The translations under genes and the position numbers were made by a program. Shown here one piece after another: positions 39,480 to 48,512 of a stretch of DNA of 64,000 nt. A model generated the notes under the pieces. That model ran no database searches and was not told where the DNA came from. It was given only the letters and a program-made list of their open reading frames with translations. Every line of letters starts with the position of its first letter. Within the stretch, counting starts at the first letter, position 1. This stretch comes from Planctomycetota bacterium (GTDB lineage: Bacteria > Planctomycetota > UBA1135 > UBA2386): NCBI GenBank assembly GCA_046290465.1, contig JBKAGP010000001.1, positions 5,248,001 to 5,312,000 on the forward strand, read 5' to 3'.

Positions 39480-40505
39480 TCAGAACATCATCATTTCGCC
39501 GGCGTCGAGTTCGCGTTCGTCCTCGCCGCCCATCTTCTCGGACAGGTAGACGTCCGGCTTCGCCTCGTCCTGGGACGGGCCCATCGGCGGGGCGGGCACG
39601 TCGTCGACCGACGGCGTCTGCGGCGCCTCCTCCAGGTGCACGCCCGAGCGGTCGAGCAGCTGCAGCACGCGGCGCAGCCGCTGCGACACGAGGTCCTGCG
39701 TCTGCAGGTTCTCGATCGCCCGGCGCGAATTGCCGAGGATCGTGTCGAGCTTGTCGTCGCCGCCGTCGAGCGCCGCGTGCGCGGTCTCGCGCAGGCGCTC
39801 GGCGATGTCGCCGACCTCGGCCGCCTGCACCTCGAACTCCCCGGAGAACGACGCGGCGCGTTCGTCGACCCTCGTGCTGCTGGCGCCGACTTCCTCGAGG
39901 GTCGGCAGCAGCGCGTTGATCGACGACGAGATCTCCTCGTTGGACTTGCCGATCTGTTCGCTGAGCGTGCGCATCTGGTCGGCGATCACGATCATCGGTT
40001 GGCCCGCGTCGCCGAGGCGGCCGGCCTCGATCATCGTGTTGAGGCACAGCACGCGCGACGCGGTCGAGATCTTCGAGACCGAGTCGGCCGCTGCGGCGAC
40101 CTTGTGCGAGGTCGCCAGCATGCGTTCGGCGGCACAGCGCTGCACGTGCACGCACTCGCGCAGCTCGGCCAGGAAGTCGGTGACCAGCGTGCACTGGCGT
40201 TCGAGCTTGGCGCTGACGCCGTCCTCGCCGCCGGCCTCGAGGTCGCCGAGGCGGCCCTTGATGTCGCCGATGAACGCCTGGGCCGCGTGGACCACCTGGT
40301 CGAGGCTGCTGCTGACCGACAGCGTCGCCTGCTCGGTCTCGCCGAGCACGGCGCCGACCTCGCGATGGGCCTCGGTGCGGGTGCGTTCGTGCTCGGCGCG
40401 CAGCGCCTCCAACAGCGCGGCCTCGGACGGTCGATCGTCCGCAGGCGCGTTGTTGCTCGTCCACGGCCACAGGCCGCGGACCCTCTGGAGCCATCGCTTC
40501 AGCAC
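39480..40505 (-). CDS. Soluble MCP-like coiled-coil protein with degenerate signalling tip and CheZ-like motif
   Basis: VLCLNTMIEAGRLGDAGQPMIVIADQMRTLS (degenerate MCP hairpin); LQTQDLVSQRL; no TM helix. Confidence 0.75.
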   Translation of the reverse strand: MLKRWLQRVRGLWPWTSNNAPADDRPSEAALLEALRAEHERTRTEAHREVGAVLGETEQATLSVSSSLDQVVHAAQAFIGDIKGRLGDLEAGGEDGVSAKLERQCTLVTDFLAELRECVHVQRCAAERMLATSHKVAAAADSVSKISTASRVLCLNTMIEAGRLGDAGQPMIVIADQMRTLSEQIGKSNEEISSSINALLPTLEEVGASSTRVDERAASFSGEFEVQAAEVGDIAERLRETAHAALDGGDDKLDTILGNSRRAIENLQTQDLVSQRLRRVLQLLDRSGVHLEEAPQTPSVDDVPAPPMGPSQDEAKPDVYLSEKMGGEDERELDAGEMMMF

Positions 40506-40511
40506 GTAGAC

Positions 40512-40880
40512 CTACTTGGCCATCTTCTGGACCGCGGCGAGCAGCATCTCCGGCTTGAACGGCTTGACGATCCAGCCCTTCGCACCGGCGGCCTTCGCGC
40601 GCTTGATCAGGTCGGCGTGGCCTTCCGTCGTCAGCATCACGATGCTGAGGCCCTGCTGCACGCGGCCCTCCTTGCTCAGCGCCTCGGCGAGCTCGATGCC
40701 GTTCATGCGCGGCATGTTGACGTCGAGGATCATGATGTCGATGGCGGCGTCGGCCTGGACCTTGTTGAGGCCGTCCTGACCGTCGACGGCTTCGACGATG
40801 TCGATGCCGGCGGGCGAGAGCGCCTGCTTGACCTGCTGGCGCATGGTGGCGGAGTCGTCGACGACGATGATCTTGCTCAT
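40512..40880 (-). CDS. cheY: Single-domain CheY-like response regulator
   Basis: VVDDSATMR, LDVNMPRMNG, MLTTE and GAKGWIVKPF motifs. Confidence 0.9.
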   Translation of the reverse strand: MSKIIVVDDSATMRQQVKQALSPAGIDIVEAVDGQDGLNKVQADAAIDIMILDVNMPRMNGIELAEALSKEGRVQQGLSIVMLTTEGHADLIKRAKAAGAKGWIVKPFKPEMLLAAVQKMAK

Positions 40881-40915
40881 AGCTGTGGTTCCTGGGTGTC
40901 GGGTGATCGGTCGGT

Positions 40916-42943
40916 TCAGGCGGTCGTCAGCGCGTCGTCGTTCTTGGCGACGGCGCTCGGGAAGCGGAACTGGAAGGTCGTGCCGCTACCCGGCTGGCTG
41001 ATGGTCTCGATGCGGCCGCCGAGCGCGTCGCAGGCCTCGCGCACGGCGGCGAGGCCGACGCCGCGGCCGGACGTGTCGGAGACGTCGTCGCGGGTCGACA
41101 GGCCGGCCGCGAACAGCGCCTGCACGAGGTCCTGGTCGGTCTCGCACGGCAGGCCGCGCTCCTGTGCGCGGTTGCGCACGCCGTCCCAGTCGATGCCGCG
41201 ACCGTCGTCCTTGACCTCGACGACGACCTCGTCGTTCTCCTCGAACGTGCGCAGGTCCAGGTGCGCGACGTCGGGCTTGCCGACCTCGCTGCGCTGGTCG
41301 GGCGACTCGATGCCGTGGTCGATGGCGTTGCGCAGCACGTGCGTGAACGCGCTCCAGAACTGCTGGAAGCGGGCCCGCTCGATGCGCACGTCGTTGGCGT
41401 CGATCTCGACCTCGATGCTGCCCTTCTCGAGGCGGTCGGCCAGCGCCCGCGCCTGTTCGGCGAAGCGGCTGAGGCGGACCTCGGTCGGCTCCAGCGCCAG
41501 GTCGACCAGCAAGCGCGCGATCTCCGGGTGGTCGGTGCCGTCGACGACCTTGCCCAGCAGCGCCCGGTAGTCGTCGCCGGTGATGGTGACGTCGTCCTGC
41601 TCGCGGTGGCCGAGCATGCGGTCGACGGTCGACGTCAGCGAAACCCAACGATCCTTGAGCGTCTCGTAGGTGCTGTTGACGGCGACGTCGTCGCCCTCGG
41701 CCATGCGCTCCTCGAGCTCGTGGCACAGCTTGGCGACCGAGTCGACGCCGAACAGCGAGGTGTTGCCCTTGAGGGTGTGCACGCTGCGCTTCCGCGCGGC
41801 GACGTCGTCGCCGGCGGTCGGGCTCGACGCCTCGACCAGGCGCGAGGCCTCCTCGTAGAAGTCGACGAAGCCGTTGCGGTCGGCCAGGATCCGTTCAAAC
41901 AGCACCAGGATCTCACGCTGGCGCGACTCGGCCTCCTGCTGCGCGACGTCGGCGGTGACGTCAGTGACGACGATCATCATCTTCTCGATCTCGCCGGCGT
42001 CGTCGTGGATCGGCTGGTAGTCGAAGGTCACGTGGCGCTCGCCGAACTTCGCGGTCTTCGGCAGCTGGTCCAGCGCCAGCTCGGCCGGCAGGAAGCCGTC
42101 GACGACGCCCTCCCAGCAGATCGCCCACCAGTCGCCGAACTCCTGGTTGCCGCGGGCCATGTAGCCCGAGAACGCCTCGCCGGCCTCGTAGTCGCCGAAC
42201 CACTCGGCCAGCGCCTTGGAGTGCTCGGCGCACAGGCTGCCGTCGCGGTTGATCGTGACCAGGCCCTGGCGCACGTTGTCGAGCACCAGGCGCATGTCCT
42301 CGTTGCGCTTGCGGATCTCGGCGGTGCGCGCCTCGACCTTCTTCTCGAGGCCGATGACGTTGTCGAAGAAGTTGCGGGCGATGAAGCACGCCGCGAACGT
42401 TTCGAGCACCACGAAGCCGGCGTGCACCAGCACGACCCAGATCGGCGCGTCGTAGTTGAACACGCTCTGCGGCACCAGGTACCACAGCACCAGGTGGTGC
42501 AGCGCGACGGTCACCGCCGCCACGATGATCACCATCGGGTTGGCGAACAGCGCGAGCATCGCCAACACGCTGAAGAAGTAGAAGTGCATCTCGATCTGCA
42601 CCGGGCCCTGCCCGATGTGAACGAGGATTCCGCCCATGCACATCGACGTGAAGCCGAACACCAGCGACTTCGAGCGCTGCGACGTGAACGCGCGGCAGCC
42701 GAAGAACGGCACCATCAGCACCGAGGCGGTCAGCAGCAGCGTGAACAGCGGGTCGGTGTCGTTGACCCAGCTGATCAGCAGGAAGATCGGCAGGTGCGCG
42801 TAGAAGAAGCCCAGCGCGACCTTGTTCATCCGTTCGAGGTAGCTCTTCTCGAACGCGCTGATGGTCTTGGGCAGCACGCAGGCCTGCAGGAGGCGCCGGA
42901 ACAGGCCCGGGCGCTCGATCGTGGCGTCGGTGTCTTCGCTCAT
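40916..42943 (-). CDS. Membrane sensor + PAS-like + Hpt + CheA-type HATPase kinase lacking a CheW (P5) domain
   Basis: About 6 TM helices with several His; MRLVLDNVRQG PAS-like start; VHTLKG Hpt; HVLRNAIDHGIE, DDGRGID, GLSTRDDVSDTSGRGVGL; ends just after GSGTTFQFRFP. Confidence 0.88.
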   Translation of the reverse strand: MSEDTDATIERPGLFRRLLQACVLPKTISAFEKSYLERMNKVALGFFYAHLPIFLLISWVNDTDPLFTLLLTASVLMVPFFGCRAFTSQRSKSLVFGFTSMCMGGILVHIGQGPVQIEMHFYFFSVLAMLALFANPMVIIVAAVTVALHHLVLWYLVPQSVFNYDAPIWVVLVHAGFVVLETFAACFIARNFFDNVIGLEKKVEARTAEIRKRNEDMRLVLDNVRQGLVTINRDGSLCAEHSKALAEWFGDYEAGEAFSGYMARGNQEFGDWWAICWEGVVDGFLPAELALDQLPKTAKFGERHVTFDYQPIHDDAGEIEKMMIVVTDVTADVAQQEAESRQREILVLFERILADRNGFVDFYEEASRLVEASSPTAGDDVAARKRSVHTLKGNTSLFGVDSVAKLCHELEERMAEGDDVAVNSTYETLKDRWVSLTSTVDRMLGHREQDDVTITGDDYRALLGKVVDGTDHPEIARLLVDLALEPTEVRLSRFAEQARALADRLEKGSIEVEIDANDVRIERARFQQFWSAFTHVLRNAIDHGIESPDQRSEVGKPDVAHLDLRTFEENDEVVVEVKDDGRGIDWDGVRNRAQERGLPCETDQDLVQALFAAGLSTRDDVSDTSGRGVGLAAVREACDALGGRIETISQPGSGTTFQFRFPSAVAKNDDALTTA

Positions 42944-42980
42944 GGTGATGGTCTGGTTGGCGATGGCGAGTGGCGGTGGA

Positions 42981-43619
42981 TCAGTACTTGATGCCGAACG
43001 GGTCGAGCGCGTCCTGCAGCGACGAGGACACGCCGCAGCCGAACACCGGCATCGGGTCGACCTGCTCGCCGGCGCGCAGACGCTCGACGATCTCCAGGTC
43101 GCGGTAGTCGATGGCCTGCTTGCGGTCGGTGTAGCCGCCGAGGTAGGCCACCTCGTGGCCGGGTGCGGTGACCAGCAACAGCGGCGCGGCCTCGATGCCG
43201 AAGCGCTGCTCGAGCTGCTCCTGGCTCAACACGATGCACGGCATGTCGCGCTCGCGGCAGGCGGCGGCGAACTCCTCGTCGGGCGCGCCGACCAGCAGCA
43301 CGACCTCGCGCAGGCCGGTCGGGGTCGGCCGTTCTGCGACGTAGTCGAACACGAACCGCGAGCAGCGGCAGCCCGAGTAGAGCACGTGGTAGGCCGTCCA
43401 ATCGTCGAAGCGCGCGCGCGCCGGCAGTTCGGCGAGGCCGCGACGCAGGGTCGCGTCGTGCGCCTGCGGCGTCGGTAGCGGCGCCCAGTGGCCGGTCATC
43501 AGCGACGACAGCACCAACAGCACCATCGGCGCCCAGACGAACAGCAGCACCCGCGCCGTGATGGTGCGGAAGCGGCTGCCGTCGGTCGGCGCGTCGGTCG
43601 TGCTCGATGGGATCGTCAC
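42981..43619 (-). CDS. Membrane-anchored thioredoxin-like (RedB-like) protein
   Basis: N-terminal TM; HVLYSGCRCS; FGIEAAP; YLGGYT; C-terminal PVFGC. Stop lies 37 bp before the kinase start. Confidence 0.65.
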   Translation of the reverse strand: MTIPSSTTDAPTDGSRFRTITARVLLFVWAPMVLLVLSSLMTGHWAPLPTPQAHDATLRRGLAELPARARFDDWTAYHVLYSGCRCSRFVFDYVAERPTPTGLREVVLLVGAPDEEFAAACRERDMPCIVLSQEQLEQRFGIEAAPLLLVTAPGHEVAYLGGYTDRKQAIDYRDLEIVERLRAGEQVDPMPVFGCGVSSSLQDALDPFGIKY

Positions 43620-43653
43620 CTGCGTTGGCTCCGGGGCTGTGAGGTCGTGCGCC

Positions 43654-44148
43654 TCAGAAGAACAGCGTCTCGCCCTCGGCGACGGTCTCGTCGTCGGGGA
43701 CCTCGACCAGTTCGATGTCCTTGGCGCTCTCGTAGTCGAGCCAGGCGACGATGTTCTGGTCGTCGGTCTTCGACTGGTGCTCGGCGCGGCACGACTCGCC
43801 GGTGTTGCAAACCTCGATGGTGACGCCGCGCACCACGATCGGCGGCGTGATCGTGATCACCTGGCCGTAGCGAGCGAGGCCGCGCTTGAGGTGGCCCGCG
43901 ATCAGGTTGGCGGTCTCGCCGAGCGAGTCCTCGGCCTGCGCTTCGCCGGCGCCGAGGTGCTCGCGCACCGTGACCAGCGCATTGGTGCCGACGGCGACCG
44001 CGATGGTGCCGCGCAGCTGGTCGCCGGTGAATCCGATGATCGCCGCGGTGCGGAGCGGCTCCGTGTCGGCGTTGCCCTGCTCGAGCGCGGGCAGGTTCGA
44101 TTGGCACGCCTCTTCGAGCGCGCGTTCGGCAAGTTCCCTGATCTGCAT
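43654..44148 (-). CDS. cheX: CheX-family phosphatase
   Basis: AIIGFTGDQLRG, DSLGETANLIAG (ExxN) and ITPPIVVRG motifs. Confidence 0.85.
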   Translation of the reverse strand: MQIRELAERALEEACQSNLPALEQGNADTEPLRTAAIIGFTGDQLRGTIAVAVGTNALVTVREHLGAGEAQAEDSLGETANLIAGHLKRGLARYGQVITITPPIVVRGVTIEVCNTGESCRAEHQSKTDDQNIVAWLDYESAKDIELVEVPDDETVAEGETLFF

Positions 44149-44383
44149 CGTTTCTCCTGGGGCTGGGTCCCCGCGCGCCTATCGCGACGCAGCTGGCGCC
44201 GGCTTGACGGTCGCTGCTGCCTGGCGTGCACGGCCCGCCGGCATGGCCGGGTCGCGCCGCGGATTTCATGGGCCCGTGCATGCTGCAGATGCGGGCATGC
44301 ACGCGCCTGCCGCTGTTGGCAGCGGCAGTAGGGGAACGATCCTCAGGTGTCGCCCGTGGGCCCTTGGGCGCAGGGCGGCCGGG

Positions 44384-45070
44384 CTACGGTTCGAAGCGGA
44401 AGCCGACGCCGCGCACGGTGTGCAGGTGGCGCGGATCGCCGGGGTCCAGCTCGAACATCTTGCGCAGGTGCAGCACGACGTTGTCGAGCGTGCGCACGGT
44501 GCGCGGCGCAGATGCTCCGAACAGCGTCTCGACCACGGTCCGACGCGAGACCACGGTCGACGCGTGGCCGGCGAGCAGCTTGAGCAGGCGCGTCTCGGTC
44601 GCGGTCAGCTTGGCGGTCTGGCCGTCGTGGCAAAGGGCCGTCATCGCGCGGAAGTCGATGCGGTTGCCGCCGAACTCGAGGGTGTCGTCGCCGGCCGCGG
44701 GTGCTGGCTGACGACGCAGCAACGCGTCGACGCGCAGCAACAGCTCGCGCAGGTTGAACGGCTTGGTCAGGTAGTCGTCGGCCTGCAGCTCGAGGCCGCG
44801 GATCCGGTCCTGGTCGTCGGCGCGCGCGCTGAGGATCAGCACCGGGGTATCGTCGCCGCGGCCGCGCAGCTCCTCGAGCACCTCGAAGCCGTCCTTGCCG
44901 GGCAGCATCACGTCGAGGATCAGCAGGTCGATGCCGCCCTTCGCCATGCGCTCGAGGGCGCGCGGGCCGGTCAACACGTGCTCGGCGTGGTAGGACTCGT
45001 GCGAGAGGTTGTCGCACAGCATCTCGCCGAGCTGACGTTCGTCCTCGGCGACCAGGATCCAGCGGCTCAT
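44384..45070 (-). CDS. OmpR-family response regulator
   Basis: VAEDE, LDVMLPGKDG, ADDYLTKPF, RTLDN and HTVRGVGFRF motifs. Confidence 0.9.
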   Translation of the reverse strand: MSRWILVAEDERQLGEMLCDNLSHESYHAEHVLTGPRALERMAKGGIDLLILDVMLPGKDGFEVLEELRGRGDDTPVLILSARADDQDRIRGLELQADDYLTKPFNLRELLLRVDALLRRQPAPAAGDDTLEFGGNRIDFRAMTALCHDGQTAKLTATETRLLKLLAGHASTVVSRRTVVETLFGASAPRTVRTLDNVVLHLRKMFELDPGDPRHLHTVRGVGFRFEP

Positions 45071-46050
45071 GAACGTTCCTCCAGGGGGATGCGGACGACG
45101 AAGGTGCTGCCCTGGTCGCGGCCGGGGCTGGCGGCCTGCACGGTGCCGTCGTGCGCGGTGACCATCTCGTGCACCAGGTGCAGGCCGAGGCCGGTGCCGC
45201 CGCTGGCGCGGTCGTCGCCGCGCCAGAACGGCTGGAAGGCGTGGCGGCGCTCGTCGTCGTCGAGGCCGCGGCCGGCGTCCCGCACGGTCAGTTGCGCGTG
45301 GCCGGCGTCGCGCTGCAACGCCACCGAGACGGTCGATGCGGCCGGCGAGAACTTGATCGCGTTGTCGAGCAGGTTGCGCAGCACCAGCTGGATCGCCGCG
45401 GCGTCGCGCAGCGCCGGCAGTTGCTCGGGCGCGTCGACCGCGATCTCGATGTCGGCGGCGAGCGCGCGCGCGTGCATCGCCTCGGTGGCCTGGCGCACGT
45501 CGGCGGCGAGGTCGCCCCGGGTCTTGACCATCGACGAACCGGCGCTGCGCAGGCCGGCTGCCTTCAGCACGTTGTGCAGGCCGCGTTCGAGCCGCTCGGC
45601 CTCGAGCAGTCCGTTGGTCAGGTAGCGCTGACGCTTCTCGTCGGGCACGCGGCCATCGCGCAGCGATTCGAGCAGCAGCGAGATCGTTGCCAGCGGGGTC
45701 TTCAGCTCGTGGGTCGCCGCCGCCAGGAAGCGATCCTGGTTGGCGCGCAGGGCCGCCTCGCGGCGCACCGAGGCCAGGAACAGCATGCCGCAGACCGCGA
45801 GCACGATCGCGAAGAACACCGCCTCGCTGGCGAACATCCACTGGCGTCGCACGCCGACCGTGGCCAGCGCCTCGGCGTCGGGGGCGCCGAGCGCGCGCGC
45901 CGCGCCGTCGGCATCGGCGGCGACCAGTCGGTCGCTCGCCGCGGCCAGGTCCGCGCTGGCCAACAGCAGGAACGTCGCCCACCACGCCAGCAGGGCGAAG
46001 GACAGGCAGAGCACGAACGCGAACAGCAGGCTGCTGGAGGAGCGGATCAC
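45067..46050 (-). CDS. Sensor histidine kinase (2 TM, short periplasmic loop)
   Basis: THELKTPL, NLLDNAIKFS, DAGRG and GTGLGL motifs. Confidence 0.9.
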   Translation of the reverse strand: MIRSSSSLLFAFVLCLSFALLAWWATFLLLASADLAAASDRLVAADADGAARALGAPDAEALATVGVRRQWMFASEAVFFAIVLAVCGMLFLASVRREAALRANQDRFLAAATHELKTPLATISLLLESLRDGRVPDEKRQRYLTNGLLEAERLERGLHNVLKAAGLRSAGSSMVKTRGDLAADVRQATEAMHARALAADIEIAVDAPEQLPALRDAAAIQLVLRNLLDNAIKFSPAASTVSVALQRDAGHAQLTVRDAGRGLDDDERRHAFQPFWRGDDRASGGTGLGLHLVHEMVTAHDGTVQAASPGRDQGSTFVVRIPLEERS

Positions 46051-46201
46051 GAATACGGCAGACTAACGCGGCGCCGTTCGAGATCTGGGACCGATCGGGT
46101 GCAGAGATCGTTCGGCATCAGGGGCGCCAACGGGGAGCACCATACGGCGCCAGCACGGCAGCGTGTCACGAGCGGGTCATTCGACGCTACGATGCGCGAC
46201 C

Positions 46202-48481
46202 ATGCGCCCGGTCTGCCTGTTGCCATTGCTGTTCGCGCTCGGCCTGCCCGCCCAGCAGGATCCGTTCGTCACGGGGTTCGTCGAGGAGCACTGCCATTCG
46301 TGCCACGGTGAGGACAAGGTGTCCGGCGACCTCGACCTGACCCGGCCGCCGGAGGGACGGATCGAGACGCTGTGGCGCTGGAGCCGCGTGCGCGAGCGCA
46401 TTCGGTCGTTCGAGATGCCGCCGGTGCACGTCAGCGAGGTGACCCTCGAGGAGCGCCAGAAGGTGGTCGCGTTCGTCGACCAACTGCTCGAGCGCGAGGT
46501 GCCGAAGCTGCCGGCCGACGCCGGCCGGGTCACGGTGCGGCGGCTCAGCCGCAGCCAGTGGCGCAACACCGTGCGGGACCTGCTCGGGGTCGACGTCGAC
46601 GTGCGCAGCTTTCCGGCGGACGACCTCGGCTACGGCTTCGACACGATCGGGGACGCGCTGACGTTCTCGACGCTGCACCTCGAGAAGTACCTGGCCGCGG
46701 CGACCGAGGTGGCGGCGGAGGTGTTCCACGGCGAGGATCCGGAGCATCCCGCGCAGCGTGTGTTCGCAGGCGGCACGATGCACCTGGTCGACGGCCGCGG
46801 CGCGACCATGCGCAGCCGCGCGCACATGTACACCAACGCGACGGTCGAGCAGGCGGTCGACCTGCCGCGCGACGGGGTCTACCGGCTGCGGATCGCGGCG
46901 GCCGGGCGACAGGCCGGCGACGAGCCGGCGCGGATGCGGCCGGCGATCGACGGCCGACCGCTCGACGTGATCGACGTCGCCAACACGAGCGTGCGCGACT
47001 TCGTGGTCGAGACCAGGATGACGCGCGGCCAGCACAAGATCGCGGTGTCGTTCATCAACGACTTCTACGATCCGAAGAACCGGGACAAGAGCCGTCGCGA
47101 TCGCAACCTCGACGTCGAGTCGGTCACGATCGAGGGGCCGATCGACGCGCGGATCGTGCCGGACGAGGTGCGCTGGCTCGAGGCGTCGGCGACCGGCCGC
47201 TCCGACGCGGTCCGGCTGCGCAGCCAGATCGACGCGCTGCTGCCGCAGCTGTGGCGGCGGCCGGTCACCCCGGCGGAGCGTCAGCGGCTGCAGCGGGCCG
47301 GCGAGCAGCGCCTGCGCCAGGGAGCGACATTGCTCGATGCGCAGCGGTTCGTGCTGGCTGCGGCGCTGACGTCGCCGAACTTCCTGTTTCGGGTCGAGCG
47401 CGGCGCTTCCGACGCGCCGCTCGAAGGTGCGGCGCTGGCGTCGCGGTTGTCGTACTTCCTGTGGGCGAGCGCGCCGGACGGGCGGCTGCGCGCGCTGGCG
47501 CAGCAGGGGCGGTTGCACGAGCCGGACGTGCTGGTCGCCGAGGTCGACCGGATGCTGCGCGATCGGCGCGGCGAGAGCCTGGCCCGGGAGTTCGCCGGGC
47601 AGTGGCTCGAACTGCGCTCGCTGGCGACGGTGCGGCCGGACCCGGACCGCTATCCGTTCGACGACGCCTTGCGGGCCTCGCTCGCGCGCGAGACCGAACT
47701 GCTGTTCCTGGCGGTGCTGCGCGAGGGGCGTGACGTGCGCGAACTGCTCGACGCCGACTTCACCCACGTGGACGCGCGGCTGGCGACGTTCTACGGCCTG
47801 CCACACGAGGGCGCGTCCGACGCGTTCGTGCGGGTCGCGCTCGAGGGCGACGCGCGGCGCCGGGGTGGTCTGCTCGGCCACGGCAGCGTGCTGGCGGTCA
47901 CGTCGAGCCCGACGCGCACGTCGCCGGTGCTGCGCGGCAAGTGGATCCTCGACAACCTGCTCGGCCAGGCGCCGCCGCCGCCGCCGCCCGGCAACGACTC
48001 GTTCGAGGACGAGGCCGCGATCGACGGTTCGGCGACGCTGCGCGAACGCATGGCCCAGCACCGGGAACGTTCGAAGTGCGCGGTCTGCCACGTGCGCATG
48101 GACACGTTGGGCCTGGCGCTCGAGCGCTTCGACGCGATCGGCCGCTACCGCGAACGCGACGCCGCCGGCGTCATCGACGCCAGCGGCGACCTGCCCGACG
48201 GCCGCCGCCTCGACGGCCTGGTCGACCTCAAGCGCGCGCTGGCTGCGGACCCGACGTTCGTGCGCACGGTGGCCCACAAGCTGTTCGTCTACGCGGTCGG
48301 CCGCGACCTGCGCCCGGTCGACCGCCTGCGCATCGACCACGCGGTCCACCAGCTGCAGCAGCGCGACACCGTGACCCTGCGCGACCTGATCCTGCTGGTC
48401 GCCACCGACCCCGCCTTCCTCACCCGCACCCGACACCGCACCGACCCGGTCGCGCAAGGCGCGACAAGTGGCGCAGGATGA
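46202..48481 (+). CDS. DUF1592/DUF1588/DUF1587-family planctomycete cytochrome-like protein
   Basis: CHSCH; RRLSRSQWRNTVRDLLG; SPNFLFR; LASRLSYFLW; RTSPVLRGKWIL; CAVCH; IDASG. Confidence 0.9.
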   Translation: MRPVCLLPLLFALGLPAQQDPFVTGFVEEHCHSCHGEDKVSGDLDLTRPPEGRIETLWRWSRVRERIRSFEMPPVHVSEVTLEERQKVVAFVDQLLEREVPKLPADAGRVTVRRLSRSQWRNTVRDLLGVDVDVRSFPADDLGYGFDTIGDALTFSTLHLEKYLAAATEVAAEVFHGEDPEHPAQRVFAGGTMHLVDGRGATMRSRAHMYTNATVEQAVDLPRDGVYRLRIAAAGRQAGDEPARMRPAIDGRPLDVIDVANTSVRDFVVETRMTRGQHKIAVSFINDFYDPKNRDKSRRDRNLDVESVTIEGPIDARIVPDEVRWLEASATGRSDAVRLRSQIDALLPQLWRRPVTPAERQRLQRAGEQRLRQGATLLDAQRFVLAAALTSPNFLFRVERGASDAPLEGAALASRLSYFLWASAPDGRLRALAQQGRLHEPDVLVAEVDRMLRDRRGESLAREFAGQWLELRSLATVRPDPDRYPFDDALRASLARETELLFLAVLREGRDVRELLDADFTHVDARLATFYGLPHEGASDAFVRVALEGDARRRGGLLGHGSVLAVTSSPTRTSPVLRGKWILDNLLGQAPPPPPPGNDSFEDEAAIDGSATLRERMAQHRERSKCAVCHVRMDTLGLALERFDAIGRYRERDAAGVIDASGDLPDGRRLDGLVDLKRALAADPTFVRTVAHKLFVYAVGRDLRPVDRLRIDHAVHQLQQRDTVTLRDLILLVATDPAFLTRTRHRTDPVAQGATSGAG

Positions 48482-48506
48482 ACCGGGTTCGGTATGCGGT
48501 GTCAGG
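48429..48506. repeat. Degenerate REP-like inverted repeat between convergent genes
   Basis: GGCGCAGGATGAACCGGGTTCGGTATGCGGTGT resembles the arm of the 61505-61591 palindrome; partial inverted partner CCCGACACCGCA-CCGA-CCCGGT upstream. Confidence 0.6.
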
Positions 48507-48512
48507 CTGGGA

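Noticed and set aside
39480..44148. Ordinary chemotaxis operon
   Set aside because: No CheW, CheR or CheB; the kinase lacks P5 and has its own membrane sensor.
44307..44329. 9-bp hairpin CTGCCGCTG-TTGG-CAGCGGCAG upstream of cheX as a riboswitch or ncRNA
   Set aside because: A single GC-rich stem with no recognisable aptamer features; may simply be a terminator for the upstream regulator.
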